A stretch of DNA of 64,000 bases. It comes from Octopus bimaculoides (lineage: Eukaryota). The notes beneath the pieces are model-generated. The model saw only the letters and a list, made by a program, of their open reading frames with translations, was not told where the DNA came from and made no database searches. Numbering within the stretch: the stretch's first letter is position 1; every line of letters starts with the position of its first letter. The stretch covers positions 155,140,465 to 155,204,464 of the forward strand of contig NC_068983.1 in assembly GCF_001194135.2 (NCBI RefSeq). The letters are read 5' to 3'. The translations under genes were made by a program, and so were the position numbers. Below, in pieces: positions 11,172 through 25,419 of the stretch.

Positions 11172-14100
11172 TATATATATGTACACACACAGCAGGCTTC
11201 TTTCAGTTTCCACCTACCAAATCCACGCTTTTGTCAGCCCAAGGCTATAGGAGAAGACACTTGCCCAAGGTGCCATGCAGTGTGACTGAACCAAGAGCTA
11301 TGTGGTTAGGCAGCAAGCTTCTTACCACATAGCCACACCTGCAATGAATTTTTTAATACAAATTTTACCAACTATTGCTTACCTATAAATACCATATAAT
11401 TTGTTTGTATTTTCTTTTCTCTGTCTTACATGGTCTGATACTGTCTACTTTAATCATCCGCCATCACAACCTGAATTGCCAGACAGTTTGACCGAGACAG
11501 TCGCATAAACCTTCCCCAGTCTGGTACACCAGTGACACTGCACAATTGCTCTAATGCAAACATTTTAAAACATAAGAAAAAAGAAATACAATTAGCCTTT
11601 TATCTTTGAGAAAAATATAATTAGTTGGGGTTTCTCTCAAAGTGTGTCCATGTTCTTACGTTAGCATGTTTGCAAATGTGTGCATCTGTTTAAATATCAC
11701 AGTAACTCTAGTCTTAAGTGGACAATTAGCATTTCCACATATATACTTCTTTTGATTACCAGTAGCTTCAAACTTACTCCCTCATTAAAGCAAAATTTTA
11801 AAAAAGGAAACATTGCTTTAGTGTGTGTAAGAGGATATGTGTGTATATATGCATGTGTGAATAGTGTTTATAATAAATACACTTATATATTTATGGTTGT
11901 TTGTGTGCATATGGAGAAAGAAGCTGGATAGTTTTCCTTGATAGTGATTTGTTGTCTGTAAAGGCTTTGCTGTAGTTGTGTGTCCCATGCTTCTACTTGA
12001 GATAAGTTTGCCTCTGAAGAGTTTGTGACTGAAGTGTTTCATAGAGGAAATGGAAATGGGACTACTTGATAGTTGGCAATAGAACTAATTAACACACACT
12101 TGCATATAGATATGTGTATGTATATATAATAGTCCAAATCTTCAGCTTATATGTATATGTTTACATATTAAAAGTTGAAGATTTTGAATTATTTTACATT
12201 ACAGTTAAGAAGGACAGTAGCGTGACAGTATGTCGGCAAAAATATTCATAAAGAGTAAAAAGAGTAAAGATATATAAACACATCAGACAATGATGTGTGA
12301 CTGGGACTTGATTAGTTCCCTTCAAACCATTGGCACATTCCTTACCCAGTTATTGGTTTTCACTTACAAAAATGTATGAAAGCAAGGCAAGTAACTAGGG
12401 TTAATGAGATTTTAATTATAACGAAAAATTAAATGCATTTTCTTTTTTCTTTTATTTTCGTATTTATTTAAACTAAACCCTCCTGCAAAATTTCAGGCGC
12501 TATGACTATAGTGTAAAGAATTACATTATGATATACTCTAAAAATACTAAATTGCTGTTATTAGGAAATTATGATACTATCGTAAGGCTAAATTCTATTG
12601 AAGTTTTCTTTCAGTTATTTCATGGGGTGAGTGGAGGGGCATTGGATTTTTTTAAAAATAAAACAACCAATAAATAAACTGTGCTGCTCTGCCTTACAGT
12701 AATGTTGGACTAATCACAAAAATAGACTTTATTTATTATTCATCCTCATATAGCTTTAATATGGTTGACTGACTTTTCTGAGGTGGGTGGCTAGAACTTG
12801 TAAATGAAGTCAATTTAAAACACATTCCATTATTTTTAATTTCTTTCAGCTTTTGAGTTTAGCCTTGCTTAGGTTGACTTAAGCATTAATTCATCAAAGT
12901 CAATAAAATAACTACAGTTTCTGTGCTTGATGTAAGTTCAGTCCTGTATTTCTCTCCGAGCTCATGTGTCATCTACATTGCCAGTATAAGACCCCATTAT
13001 TTCATGCTGTTCTTCTTGGTATTTTCAAATCCTACTGAGATTAACTTCTCTTTCCATTGTTGGAAGAAATATATCACTAACCTCTTGTTGGGTTGTCCAA
13101 TAACTGGGTAGGCCTGACACATCATTGCTACCGTCACCATCACTATCACCACCAAAACCTATTCATTTGGCTCTCTTGAACAGTCTCCATTCTTGTTACT
13201 AGCATTCAGACCAGATCGCATCTACATTAACCCTTGTGTTCAGTATTGATCACATCAATCACTCAGACTGGAAAAAAAAAAAAAAGAAAAAAAATTGCGA
13301 AGGTTGTGGGCACTGCCTTTCGTCTTATGAATAACAGAAAAAAAAGAGAAACCCTTTCACTTCATCCATCAGAAAAGGTGACACTGAGAGAGAAGACAAG
13401 AGAAAGACAGAAAGGGAGAGAGAGAGAGAGAGAGAAGGCAGTGAGTGAGAGACAACATGGAGGACAAAAGAAATACATGTGTGGATGGATGGATGGATGG
13501 GTGGATGGATGGGTGGATGGATGGATGGGTGGGTGGATGGACTTTGTATTGATGTAAAAAATTTATGCATTAATGAAAGGGTGGATAAATATTAATCACT
13601 GCACACTTTCATCACCTTCAACTGGGATTCATCATNNNNNNNNNNNNNNNNNNNNNNNNNNNNNNNNNNNNNNNNNNNNNNNNNNNNNNNNNNNNNNNNN
13701 NNNNNNNNNNNATATATATATATATATATATATATATAATCGAGTTAGAAAACAGAGAAATCTATCCATTAGATCTGTTTTCTAACTCGATAATAATGTT
13801 TGATATTTTGCAATATTTTATTTAATATATTAAACCAGTGTATCTTGGATAAATATAACTATAAGAGGTTTAAATATTCCTCATTGTGACTATATATGTG
13901 TGTGTGTGTCTGTCTGTGTATGTATGTATATGTAACTGTGTATAGATAGATATATAATTATATATATAAAATACCTCCTTTCTTTATTTCTGTCTGCTTG
14001 GTTCTGCCTTTAATTACAGGTGCTTCACCCAAGAATGCACTGACCTGTTTCTCACCTGCAATCAATGTGAGGTGACTCAAAATCTGTATAAAAATATTCT

Positions 14101-14454
14101 AAAGGCAGCACATGATCTCTTACCTTTGTGGTGGTGGCAGCAGTAGTAATTGTGCTTGTTGTTGTTACTGTCCTTGTGTGTTTGTGGCAGGGTTTTACTG
14201 AACAGCACATGGTTAATTAAACCTGCTACAGTCTGTTATAAGGAAATGGCAGCAGTAAAATGTATATGTGTTAGACATGGCGACTGTGATGCTAAGTTGC
14301 ATGACTACTGACTACCAGGTCAACAGTTTACGCATGCATGTGTACGCTTGCCACACACACACATACATGCACTTGGTACTAAGATAATACACAGCTGTAT
14401 AGGGTCCATTATAATTAAACTTAGTGAGGTTTTTTTTTTTTTTTTCACTAAAGG

Positions 14455-14868
14455 GTGCAGGCGTGACTGTGGTAAGAAGCTTGCTTCCCAAACACAAGAT
14501 TCCATGTTCAGTTCCACTTCATGGCACCTCAGGCAAGTGTCTTCTACTCTAGCCTCAGGCCAACCAAAGCCCTTGTCGGTGGATATGGAAGACAGAAACT
14601 GGAAGAAGCCCATTATATATATATATATATATATATATAGGTATATATTTGTGTGTGTTTGTCACCCCCTCCTCCACCATTACTTGACAACTGATGTTGG
14701 TGTGTTTACATCCCAGTAACTTAGCAGTTTTGCAAAAGAGACCAATAAAATAAGTATTAGGCTTACAAAGAATAAGTCCTGAAGTTGATTTCTTCAACTA
14801 AAACACTTTAAGGCTGTGAACCAACATGGCAGCAGTCAAATGACTGAAACATGTAAAAGAGTAAAAGA
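14455..14868 (+). mobile_element. SINE family T1 (older copy)
   Basis: Colinear with 3316-3756 including the internal (AT)n. Confidence 0.82.
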
Positions 14869-15399
14869 AAACTGCCCACAGAATATGTAAATATTGAATT
14901 ATTTGGGACTGCAACATAAACCTCAAGAATAAAAGAGAGAGGGATGGAGAGAGAGGGAGAGAGAGAGAGAGAGAGAGATGATGGTGGTGGTCGTGGTGGG
15001 CATGGTTGTTGACTGATACACCCTGAAAGTAAATTCATAAGTGCTGTGTGATAGGACTGAACCCAAAACTATATGGATGAGAAGCTACCTTTGTACCACA
15101 CAGCTGTGTTTATATGTATTATGTATGTGCATAACTGCCACTCATGCTGGTAGCACGGATAAAGCACTCGTTACACTCTTGGAGTGGTTGGCATTAGGAA
15201 GGGCATCCAGCCATAGAAGCCATGCCAAATTAGATTGGAACCTGGTGCAGCTCCCCTGCTTACCAGTTTTCATTCAAACTGTCCAACCTGTGCCAGCTTG
15301 GAAAACGGGTGTTAAATGATGACGACAACGATGCACAGTCAAACATATTTCTTATTCATTATTTATTACCATAAAAAAAAAAATTAGCTCGCTTAAGTA

Positions 15400-16230
15400 T
15401 TAATATTCCATTTCATACCCTCATTTCTAAGTTTACACATCCTCTCTTTTATCAATATTCTCCAAGCTTAAATGCCTCTCTTACACTATTGTATTTTCCT
15501 ACTTCATCTTTTAATATCCTCTGGTTTAATGAATACTATTATTTAGTCTTTTCCCTTAATTTTTTTTGTTCTTCTGACCAAACTATGGTAAGCAAACAGA
15601 TTTAATATTCTTTCAAACATCTAAAGGGCTTTCTTTCAATCACAGTTTAGTAAATGCTGTTACACAATCACTTTTTCTAACTTTTCCTACCCAAACTCAT
15701 TTAACTGTATTCTTCCGACATTGAAGAACTTCTCCTTTCTATAAAATTCTTCTTTACTTAAGCTACATTTTAATACCCTTAGTTTAACAAATGGTATAAT
15801 ATTACCAGTTAACCTAATTTGACTTTTTCTGAGCTCATATCATGATAAGCTAAACTAATTTAATAACCTTCTTCCCATATCTAAAGTCTTCTTTCTCATT
15901 TCTTGGTAAATTTACACTCTTTCATAGTCACTTTTTTTCCTAATCTGTTTTCCTACCGCTTAATCCACTCTAGAATACAATAGTTTTATAATAACCTTAT
16001 AATAATATCGAAAGTGTTCTAAACTCACTTCTTCTAACTTCACAACTTTTCATTAACTTAAGTTTTATGATCTGCAGCTACATTTAAACCTGTGCCGTCC
16101 CATACTTCAAGTTTTATACTTGGTCTTAACCATAAGCTTTGGGGATTTATTCGCACATACATAACCCTAGAAATATCTTGCAGTTGAACTGTTTTATACA
16201 TTAACTTTGTAAGTATTTACATCAGCCATA
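15400..16230 (-). pseudogene. Possible very old LINE ORF2 remnant
   Basis: Strongly purine/A-rich minus strand without microsatellites. EVWDGTGLNVAADHK resembles the APE endonuclease SDH motif. Many stops. Confidence 0.3.
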
Positions 16231-16239
16231 CCTAGCTAA

Positions 16240-16426
16240 TTATTTCACCTGTTTTATGTTTAATTCAGTAAGATCTGCCTTCTCACACTCACCCTGCAAT
16301 GTCATTCTAAAAATAAATAGTCACATCACTGAAATCTCGAAGCTGAGATAATGTATGATTAATTCAAAACAATGTGAATTAATAAGTAATGCATTTGATA
16401 GAATAATCTGAATGTTAAAGGGTTAA
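16240..16426. mobile_element. piggyBac-like MITE family B (half)
   Basis: Ends aataatctgaatgttaaaggg|TTAA and matches 720-853. Confidence 0.65.
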
Positions 16427-17270
16427 ATCTCTTATCTTTCAACCAAATTGCTGTTTTTGTTCTACTTAAATTCAGTTATATAATCAACTTAGTTACCATT
16501 AGATTTATAATAATATAGAATGTAATGGTCTGCATTTCAAACCTTGCTCCACCCACTCTCAAAAGCCTACTCCCCTCATTGTCTCTGTCTCTTGTTTTCT
16601 TATTTTTCTTGTTAACACACATATAAGCATATATACATCTTTCTCTAAACCACTGAAGATTTCAAACTATAGATGAAACACATTTGTAAGATGTTAATGC
16701 TAAAAGAATTTTGTAAACTTTCAAGAGAACATGAAATAAGTCTCTTTTTGGAACATTGGCTCTTCAAGTACACTACATAAAGCTATAAGCAATAGCACAT
16801 AAATATACTGGGTTGAAAAGCCCCTTTTGGATTAAAAAAAAAGTCGAAGGCTGCCCTGTCTTATGTACAAGAGATGCTGGTTCAACTTTTTGTACTCAAA
16901 AGGGTTTCTCAATCCAACATTTTTAGGCTAGTTTTGTCTGTCTATATTCCAAGTTCAAATTCCACCAAAGTTGACTTTGCCTTTCACTCTTTTGAGATTG
17001 ACAAAATAAGTACCAGACATTTAGTGGGATTAGTGTTATCAGCTTACCCATCTCCTAAAAAAAAAAATAATCAAAAGAGAAACTGCTGGCCCTGTGCCAA
17101 AAGATGAAACCATTCTTCATGGCTATACATTTGTAAGATTTTTTTAGACATAAAGATCGAATACTGTTCTTCCCTGATACAAAGTTCTTTCTTTGTTTCC
17201 TTGTTATTATGAATAAAGCATATCTAAAGATATATGTGTGTGTGTACATATACATATATAATGTGTGTGA

Positions 17271-17304
<34 letters not shown>

Positions 17305-18735
17305 NNNNNNNNNNATATATATATATATATATATATACATATACAAACACACACACACACACACATGTATACATACATGCATGGATACTGTCCAATGTGT
17401 GTCAATATCTTTGTGGGTCAAGTATTCATGTATTCCTTTGTGCGTATGTGTGCATACATCTGGGTATGCTTGTGTTTTATACTGCATAAGGAAATGATAC
17501 CGTATGCTGGTATTCTAATACACTTTCAGAGAGGCCTTATATCTATGCATTCTATGTGTGTGTGTGTGTGTGTGTGCATCAACATGTTTTATGCATGTAT
17601 CTATGTTCTTATATGTAGCACATAACCACATACATTCGTGCATTTTCCTAGCACATACATATGTACACAGACACACACACACACACGTATACAGATGTAC
17701 ACACATCTGCGTGCATGTCTGTTAATGTGTTCTACGCATGCATGTACGTCTTTATTCAACACATGAACACATACATTCTCCACACGCACTTGCATGCATG
17801 CACACGCACTGATGTATGCACGCATACAGAAATGCCTGCAATCTATTTTCATTTCCACCTTCTTCTGTGCTTGCCTCCAGCAATGTCATGCAATAAAGAT
17901 GTAGGTAACAACGAATAAGACATGCACAACACACACACACACACACACACACATACGCACACACGCATCAACCAATCAACCACCATAATAATCTTTGACA
18001 ATATATTTTGTCATTTCTCATTTGTATTTTAATTTTCTTTGTTTTCTTTCGCTTTCTGTTTCCTTTTTTGTTTTTTCTTTCTTTGCTATCTTTTCTCATA
18101 TATATGTGGAATATTTGTTATTCATCAGTTAAGTTTACGCTGTCATATTGTTCTTGTAAGTATTGTTGCTGTGGCTGTGGCTGTTGTTGTTGTTGTTGAT
18201 GTGATTGTTGTCGATGTTAACTTTTACTTGTTTTTTTGTTGATATTGTGCTCCATTTTTGTTACTTTGCTATTTTTTATTTATTTATTTGTTTCTTTGCT
18301 TTTCTTGAATGATTCACCAATTGCTGCATGACTTATCTCTTGGTTTTACGTGCATGTATGTGTAAATGTGTTTATATATATATATATATATATATATACA
18401 TACTTTACATGTGAATGTATAGACCTATGTCTATCTATATACTCGATGTGTGCGAGTATGTATATGTGTTTTTGTATATGCATGTATATATATATATATA
18501 TATATGTGTGTGTCTCTTTATATGTATGCATATCACATGTATGTATATACATATGTATGTGGTTCTGTATGTGTATGCATATACATATATATATATATAT
18601 ATATANNNNNNNNNNNNNNNNNNNNNNNNNNNNNNNNNNNNNNNNNNNNNNNNNNNNNNNNNNNNNNNNNNNNNNNNNNNNNNNNNNNNNNNNNNNNNNN
18701 NNNNNNNNNNNNNNNNNNNNNNNNNNNNNNNNNNN

Positions 18736-18777
<42 letters not shown>

Positions 18778-19434
18778 TATGTATGTGCTTGTATATACAT
18801 ATGTATGCATTTATATGTGTACATGTATGCATATGTGGAGAATGTGAATGATAATAATAAAGAACTAGATATGTGCATCAAAATCTCTGTGTGTGTGTGT
18901 GTGTGTATGAAACTCGTATCACGCACGTATTTTATATATATATGTATATATATATATATATGAATCACATCTATTACTGCTGACAGTGCTGTGCAATATG
19001 TTGAGCCAAGCTAGAAATAAACTTCTGAACATCATCAATGCTAGCCTGCAGTTATTATCTGCATCTTCGGAAATTTGCATGATGCTGCCATAACTTCCGT
19101 TCCTTAAGCCTCCGTTGCTAAATGAGTGTCAACTTGAGCAGTTTCTGAAGACTTTCTCTTTTATTAGGGAATTTGGAATTGGTTTGTCTTCCTTTACATT
19201 AAGATCATTTATCAATGTATGTAGGCACCTAGCTGGTTCCCTGTCTCCAAACTTTCACACACATACACACACATTTGTGTATGTAAATACGTGTTTGTGA
19301 ATATATGTATGTATATACATATGTTTGTATGTGTATATATGTGTCTGTGTGTGTGTGTCCCCATCCCAATCATCATTTAACATCTGCTGACAATGGCGTG
19401 TGTGAGTGTGTGTATATATATATATATGTTGTAG

Positions 19435-20317
19435 GATTTTCGAGCGAGATCGTTGCTGGTTCCCCTGGACTGGCTCATGTGCGGGTGACACATGAAATCT
19501 TTCTAGCGAGATCGTTGCTGGTGCCCCTAGACTGGCTCATGTGCGGGCAACACATGAAATCTTTCGAGTGAGATCGTTGCCAGTGCCCCTGGACTGGCTC
19601 TTGTGTGGGTGACACAAGAAATTTTTCGAGCGAGACCGTTGCCAGTTCCACTGGACTGGCTCTTGTGCGGAGCCNNNNNNNNNNNNNNNNNNNNNNNNNN
19701 NNNNNNNNNNNNNNNNNNNNNNNNNNNNNNNNNNNNNNNNNNNNNNNNNNNNNNNNNNNNNNNNNNNNNNNNNNNNNNNNNNNNNNNNNNNNNNNNNNNN
19801 NNNNNNNNNNNNNNNNNNNNNNNNNNNNNNNNNNNNNNNNNNNNNNNNNNNNNNNNNNNNNNNNNNNNNNNNNNNNNNNNNNNNNNNNNNNNNNNNNNNN
19901 NNNNNNNNNNNNNNNNNNNNNNNNNNNNNNNNNNNNNNNNNNNNNNNNNNNNNNNNNNNNNNNNNNNNNNNNNNNNNNNNNNNNNNNNNNNNNNNNNNNN
20001 NNNNNNNNNNNNNNNNNNNNNNNNNNNNNNNNNNNNNNNNNNNNNNNNNNNNNNNNNNNNNNNNTTGTGCGGGTGGCACATGAAATGCACCATTTTGAGC
20101 GTGGCTGTTGTCAGTACCACCTGACTGGCCTTCGTGCGGGTGACACGTAAAAGCACCCACTACACTCTCTGAGTGGTTGGCGTTAGGAAGGGCATCCAGC
20201 TGTAGAAACTCTGCCAAATCAGATTGGAGCCTGGTGTAGCCATCTGGTTTCGCCAGTCCTCAGTCAAATCGTCCAACCCATGCTAGCATGGAAAGCGGAT
20301 GTTAAACAACGACGACG
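19435..20317 (+). mobile_element. RTE 3' end with expanded 62-bp VNTR
   Basis: Units start at 19441, 19503, 19565 and 19627 (period 62). A 410-N gap and further units follow, then the conserved tail ...catggaaagcggatgttaaacaacgacgac. Confidence 0.82.
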
Positions 20318-20581
20318 TATATGTATGTATGTATGTATCTATATGTTTAGTCTATGCCTATACATACACATACCTGTTTTGCTATTGTGGCAGTATGTAT
20401 GTATTTATCTAACTACCATTGTGTATGTGTTTGTACATAAATGCATGTACATATGTGTGTGTGTGTTTGTGTATGTTCCATTTGTAGGCCTATATCTATA
20501 TTTAATCCCCCCCCTCTCTCATTCTGCTTTTCATATTTTTTTGCACATATTCTTTATTTGTAATTCCAACCCAGTATTTGT

Positions 20582-20630
<49 letters not shown>

Positions 20631-22605
20631 CATGCATATGTAGATAATCAGAAAGACATTTATGAAGAGTATTACCTGTCTGTTTGTCACTTGGAACCCG
20701 CATATTTTGTATCCACAATCACAGACCACATTCTTCAAATAATCCTCATACAATCACATTCATAGTACATATGATACTCTCCTTCTCACTCCCCCCCCCA
20801 TCATCCCTTCTCATTCTAATACTTCTAAAGAATTTGCCAATTATATTCTTAAAACAAAAGAATGCATTCATTAAGGCAACAACCCTCCTCTGCTACAAAA
20901 AAATAATAAAGACGAAAATAACACATACAAAAATCAATATCAAAACCATGATACAAATTATAAAATAGTATCAAAATAACCCAAAACCTAATTGCTTTTA
21001 ACCTAAATATTTCAATATGGCTGTTAAAAGATGGCAGTATCTTTGAAAGTTGACAAAAGATGGACCAATTTTTGTACAAAATGTGTTGGGAGATTGACAA
21101 ATAATTTGAATAATTGAACAAATTCTTTTATTCATTTTCTTGAATTACGAAAAAAATGTTTGTTATGGTTTGGATTTGTTGAGGTAATGATTTTTCTTTT
21201 CTTTGTATGCATTTGTGTGTGTAAGAGAGAGAGATACATAGTGAGGTGAGTGGGAAACAGAGCACAATGGCAAGCGTATGCCAAGAGAGAGTTTGCTTAC
21301 TCTTTTGTTCTTGTTTTTAATTGAACAATTGGTGTAATTTTCTGTTTTAGTAAAATTATTGCTTTGCTTTTGTTTTCTTTATTCTACCCACTCATCTTTC
21401 CCAATCCTCTGGACCACTTCCGTTATATTCATCTTTCTGTAACTTAAGGGCATGCCCTGACATATCTTCGCTATTTTCTCTTGTTTCCAACTGAGGTAGC
21501 AATGTATCTCTTCTCATCACATAAAGCCACCTCTCTCAATACCCCAAATACCTCAAAAGGGGTCTTGTTTCGCAATTACTTGACCTCGCTGGTGCTGGTT
21601 CCATGTAAAAAAAAACACATGGGTACACTCTGTAAAGTGGTTGGTGTTAGAAAGGGAATGCAGCTGTAGAAACCATGCCGACTTGATGTAGCCCACTGGC
21701 TCACCAGCTCCTTTCAAACCCACCGACCCATGTCACTAGAGAAAATGGATGTTAAATGGTGATGTTTATGCAGCTACATATGTTTATGTATGTCATCATC
21801 TGTCATCATTTTATATCTGGTCTTCTGTGTTGGGTCAGTTGCCTAGATTGCCACTGTCTGTGTCAATTCTTATATAGAGTTACCAAACAAAAGCACGCAC
21901 ACAAACGCACAAATGACGGGCTTCTTTCACAGGGTTATGGTCAACTTGAGGTTATGGTTGGCATTAGGAGGGACATCCAACCATAGAAACCATGCCATAT
22001 CAGATTGGAACCTAGTGCAGCTCCCTGGCTTACCAGTTCTCAGTCAAACCATACAATCTATGCTAGCATGGAAAACAGACATTAAATGATGATGATGATG
22101 GCTTGTTCAAGGTGCCACACAGTCGGGCTAAACTCAGAGCCATGTGGTTCGGAAGTAAACTTCTTAACCACACAACCACTCTTTCTCATAGTTTCCATCT
22201 CCGAAATTTACTATGTATCGGTCAACCTGACTTTCAGTAAGAGGACACTTGCTCATGATATGATGCTGTGTGATGCAGACCTAACTTCTCAACCACAAAG
22301 ACATGCTTATTTATGTTATTCTATTAGTTATGAAAATAATCAAAGATGTGGAAGGTTTTACAGACATCGTCTGACATTCAACAGATTCTGTGTGTGTGTG
22401 TGTGTGTGTGTGCTTGAGTATTTGAGTGTGTGTGTTCTTTTGGTCTTTATCTATCTAGGCCTTCAGATTCTGTTTATAATAGATTCTTGAAGGTCAAATA
22501 ATCAGGGAGTTAGGACTGGCATGTGTGCGCAGACAGGCATGCAGATATACAAAACTCTGTGTGCGTGTACACACACATGCATGCATGCATACATACATAC
22601 ACCCA

Positions 22606-22658
<53 letters not shown>

Positions 22659-22735
22659 TACATAACTATATGCATACACACATATGAAGACATATATGAA
22701 TGTGAGTGTAACTAGATATGCTTAAGAATGCAAGC

Positions 22736-22790
<55 letters not shown>

Positions 22791-22792
<2 letters not shown>

Positions 22793-22957
22793 GCGCAGGA
22801 GTGGCTGTGTGGTAAGTAGCTTGGTTACAAACCACATGGTTCCAGGTTCAGTTCCACTGCGTGGCACCTTGGGCAAGTGTCTTGTACTATAGGCTAGGGC
22901 CGACCAAAGCCTTGTGAGTGGATTTGGTAGACGGAAACTGAAAGAAGCCCATCGTAT
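22791..22957 (+). mobile_element. SINE T1 5' half inserted after (AT)n
   Basis: Near-identical to the head of 3316. Followed by an inverted T1 tail (22992-23040) and an older T1 body (23041-23295). Confidence 0.8.
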
Positions 22958-24298
22958 ATACATATATGTATATGTGATTTTGTTATATATATACTCTTTT
23001 ACTTGTTTCAGTCATTTGACTGTGGCCATGCTGGAGCACTATTATCTCGGTCCAAGCAATGTCTTGTGACTGAATTTGATTGACAGAAACTTTGTGGAAG
23101 TCCATTGAATGTATATAGATATATGTGTATGTGTGTGTCTTTGTGTTTATTTACATCCTGGTAACTTAGTGGTTGAGTAAAGAAGTCAATGAAATAAGTA
23201 CCAGGGTTTTAAAAAAAAAGAAGTTTCGGGGTTGATATGCTTGACTCAACACTTCAACATGATGCCCCAGCATGGCTGCAGTTCAATGACTGAAATCATT
23301 GTTGTCATCCTTTAACATCTGCTTTCCATGCTGGCATGTGTTGGATAGTTTGTCAAGAGCTGGTGAGCCAAAGGACTGCATCAAACTCTATTATCTGCTT
23401 TAGGCATGGCCTCTATAGCTTGATGCCCTTCTTAATGTTAACCTCTTTGCAACATGAACTGGGTGTTTTTTTTACACGGTACCATCACCAATGAGGTAGT
23501 CAAATAACTTGCAAGATGTGAGACCTTTCATTTGAGTAGGGGGTAGTATTGAGGGAAGTGGTTTCGTATAGGGCAATAAGTTGACAAGCGGGACATAAAC
23601 AGGTGTTTTTAAGTAGCATGGCTACCTGAACTGGAAAAGGGGAGAGAGAGAGAGAGAGAGGTAGTGAAGATGATGTGCCAAGGTATAACGTTAAGTTACA
23701 GGGAGGTGAATTTAAGTGAAGAGGTAAGGAAGATTGGGCTAGGATAAGTGGGAAGGTGTACTGTATATAATGTAGTTTAAAGATTATATTCAAGACTCAA
23801 TATCTATAATGTTAGAGTGAATAAACATTGTTATAAATAATTTAATTGTACAACTGTAGGATATATTGATACATGTATATATATATATATATCATCACCA
23901 TCATCATATGTCTGCTTTCCATGCTGGCATGGGTTGGACGGTTTGACTGAGGTCTGGCAAGCCAGGAGGCTGCACCAAGCTCCAATCTGGTCTGGCAAGG
24001 TTTCTACAGCTGGATGCCCTTCCTAACACCTATTTTATATATATTTCGCTTAAGCATTGCAATACTAACAACCTCATTTAGAACTCAATATACATAAGCT
24101 TCAGAATGAAGCGTTAATCAAACACATGTTGGTAATATGGAAAATGAGATGACGAAGAAATAAACAATTATCGTGTGAGGTTCATTAGCTGCATGTTGTA
24201 GCAGAAACAGCTGTAAGCTAATGAAGTTCCTAAGATAATTGTTTGCTTGTGCATATGTATGTAGAAATGAGTTTATATATGTAATATGTATATATATA

Positions 24299-24550
24299 CT
24301 GAGTCGGTGCATAATTATTGCAGCTTTTTCTTAACAAATTTTATTCAACTAAAATAATAACAATATTTAACAAAACCATCCTTAAATGACAGTCTGACCA
24401 TCTGCCAAGCAAATGGGAAGCAGTAATTGAAGTAGATGGTGAATATGCTCCGGAATAATCATTTAAAGATGTTTTTGTTATATGTTGTTATTGTTTTTGT
24501 TGAATAAAATTTGTTGCAAAAAAAGCCGCAATAATTATGCACCAACCCAA
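24299..24550. mobile_element. mariner-type MITE
   Basis: TIRs ctgagtcggtgcataattattgcagcttttt / aaaaagccgcaataattatgcaccaacccaa resemble the Hsmar1/MADE1 TIR. Inverted arms about 80 bp; TA on the left, CA on the right. Confidence 0.8.
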
Positions 24551-24728
24551 CATATATAAGTATATATATCTCGGAGTGGTTGGCATTAGGAAGGGCATCC
24601 AGCTGTAGAAACTTTGCCAGATCAGATTGGAACCTGGTGCAGCCTTCTGGCTTGCCAGTCCTCAGTCAAACCGTCTAACCCATGCCAGCATGGAAAGCAG
24701 ATGTTAAACGATGATAGTGATGATAAAA

Positions 24729-24885
24729 TTATAATAAGGGCAACCACATTGTAGTGCCACATGCTAGAAGATAATATCAACTGACTCTAATTCAACCAGA
24801 CACTCTGTAATAAATAAAGTAGTTTTAGAGTCATTTGACATCTTCTTCTAGCATGTGCACTACAATGTAGTTGCCCTTATTATAA
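24729..24885. repeat. Foldback element (about 62-bp inverted arms, 34-nt spacer)
   Basis: ttataataagggcaaccacattgtagtgccacatgctagaaga vs tcttctagcatgtgcactacaatgtagttgcccttattataa. Confidence 0.85.
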
Positions 24886-25379
24886 TCATATAAAATTATT
24901 ATCATAAAAAATTATATACTTTGTATTANNNNNNNNNNNNNNNNNNNNNNNNNNNNNNNNNNNNNNNNNNNNNNNNNNNNNNNNNNNNNNNNNNNNNNNN
25001 NNNNNNNNNNNNNNNNNNNNNNNNNNNNNNNNNNNNNNNNNNNNNNNNNNNNNNNNNNNNNNNNNNNNNNNNNNNNNNNNNNNNNNNNNNNNNNNNNNNN
25101 NNNNNNNNNNNNNNNNNNNNNNNNNNNNNNNNNNNNNNNNNNNNNNNNNNNNNNNNNNNNNNNNNNNNNNNNNNNNNNNNNNNNNNNNNNNNNNNNNNNN
25201 NNNNNNNNNNNNNNNNNNNNNNNNNNNNNNNNNNNNNNNNNNNNNNNNNNNNNNNNNNNNNNNNNNNNNNNNNNNNNNNNNNNNNNNNNNNNNNNNNNNN
25301 NNNNNNNNNNNGGGGTCTATGTACATATGTATTTCCACTATCTGTGCTGTGTGAATGCTTCTATATCTATCTCTGTTTC

Positions 25380-25419
<40 letters not shown>

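Noticed and set aside
11985-12056. ctgaagag...gaagtg with flanking tttgcctc/gaggaaa as a hammerhead
   Set aside because: GAAA is replaced by GAAG, and no valid NUH site is consistent with stem I. At most a very decayed relic.
17055-18968. Many long ORFs (YI, CV, TH, SL repeats, poly-X) here and throughout the ORF track
   Set aside because: They are translations of microsatellites and N gaps, with no coding signal.
19435-19674. 62-bp tandem array as a CRISPR array
   Set aside because: Eukaryotic context, no unique spacers; the units are contiguous and part of a retroposon 3'UTR.
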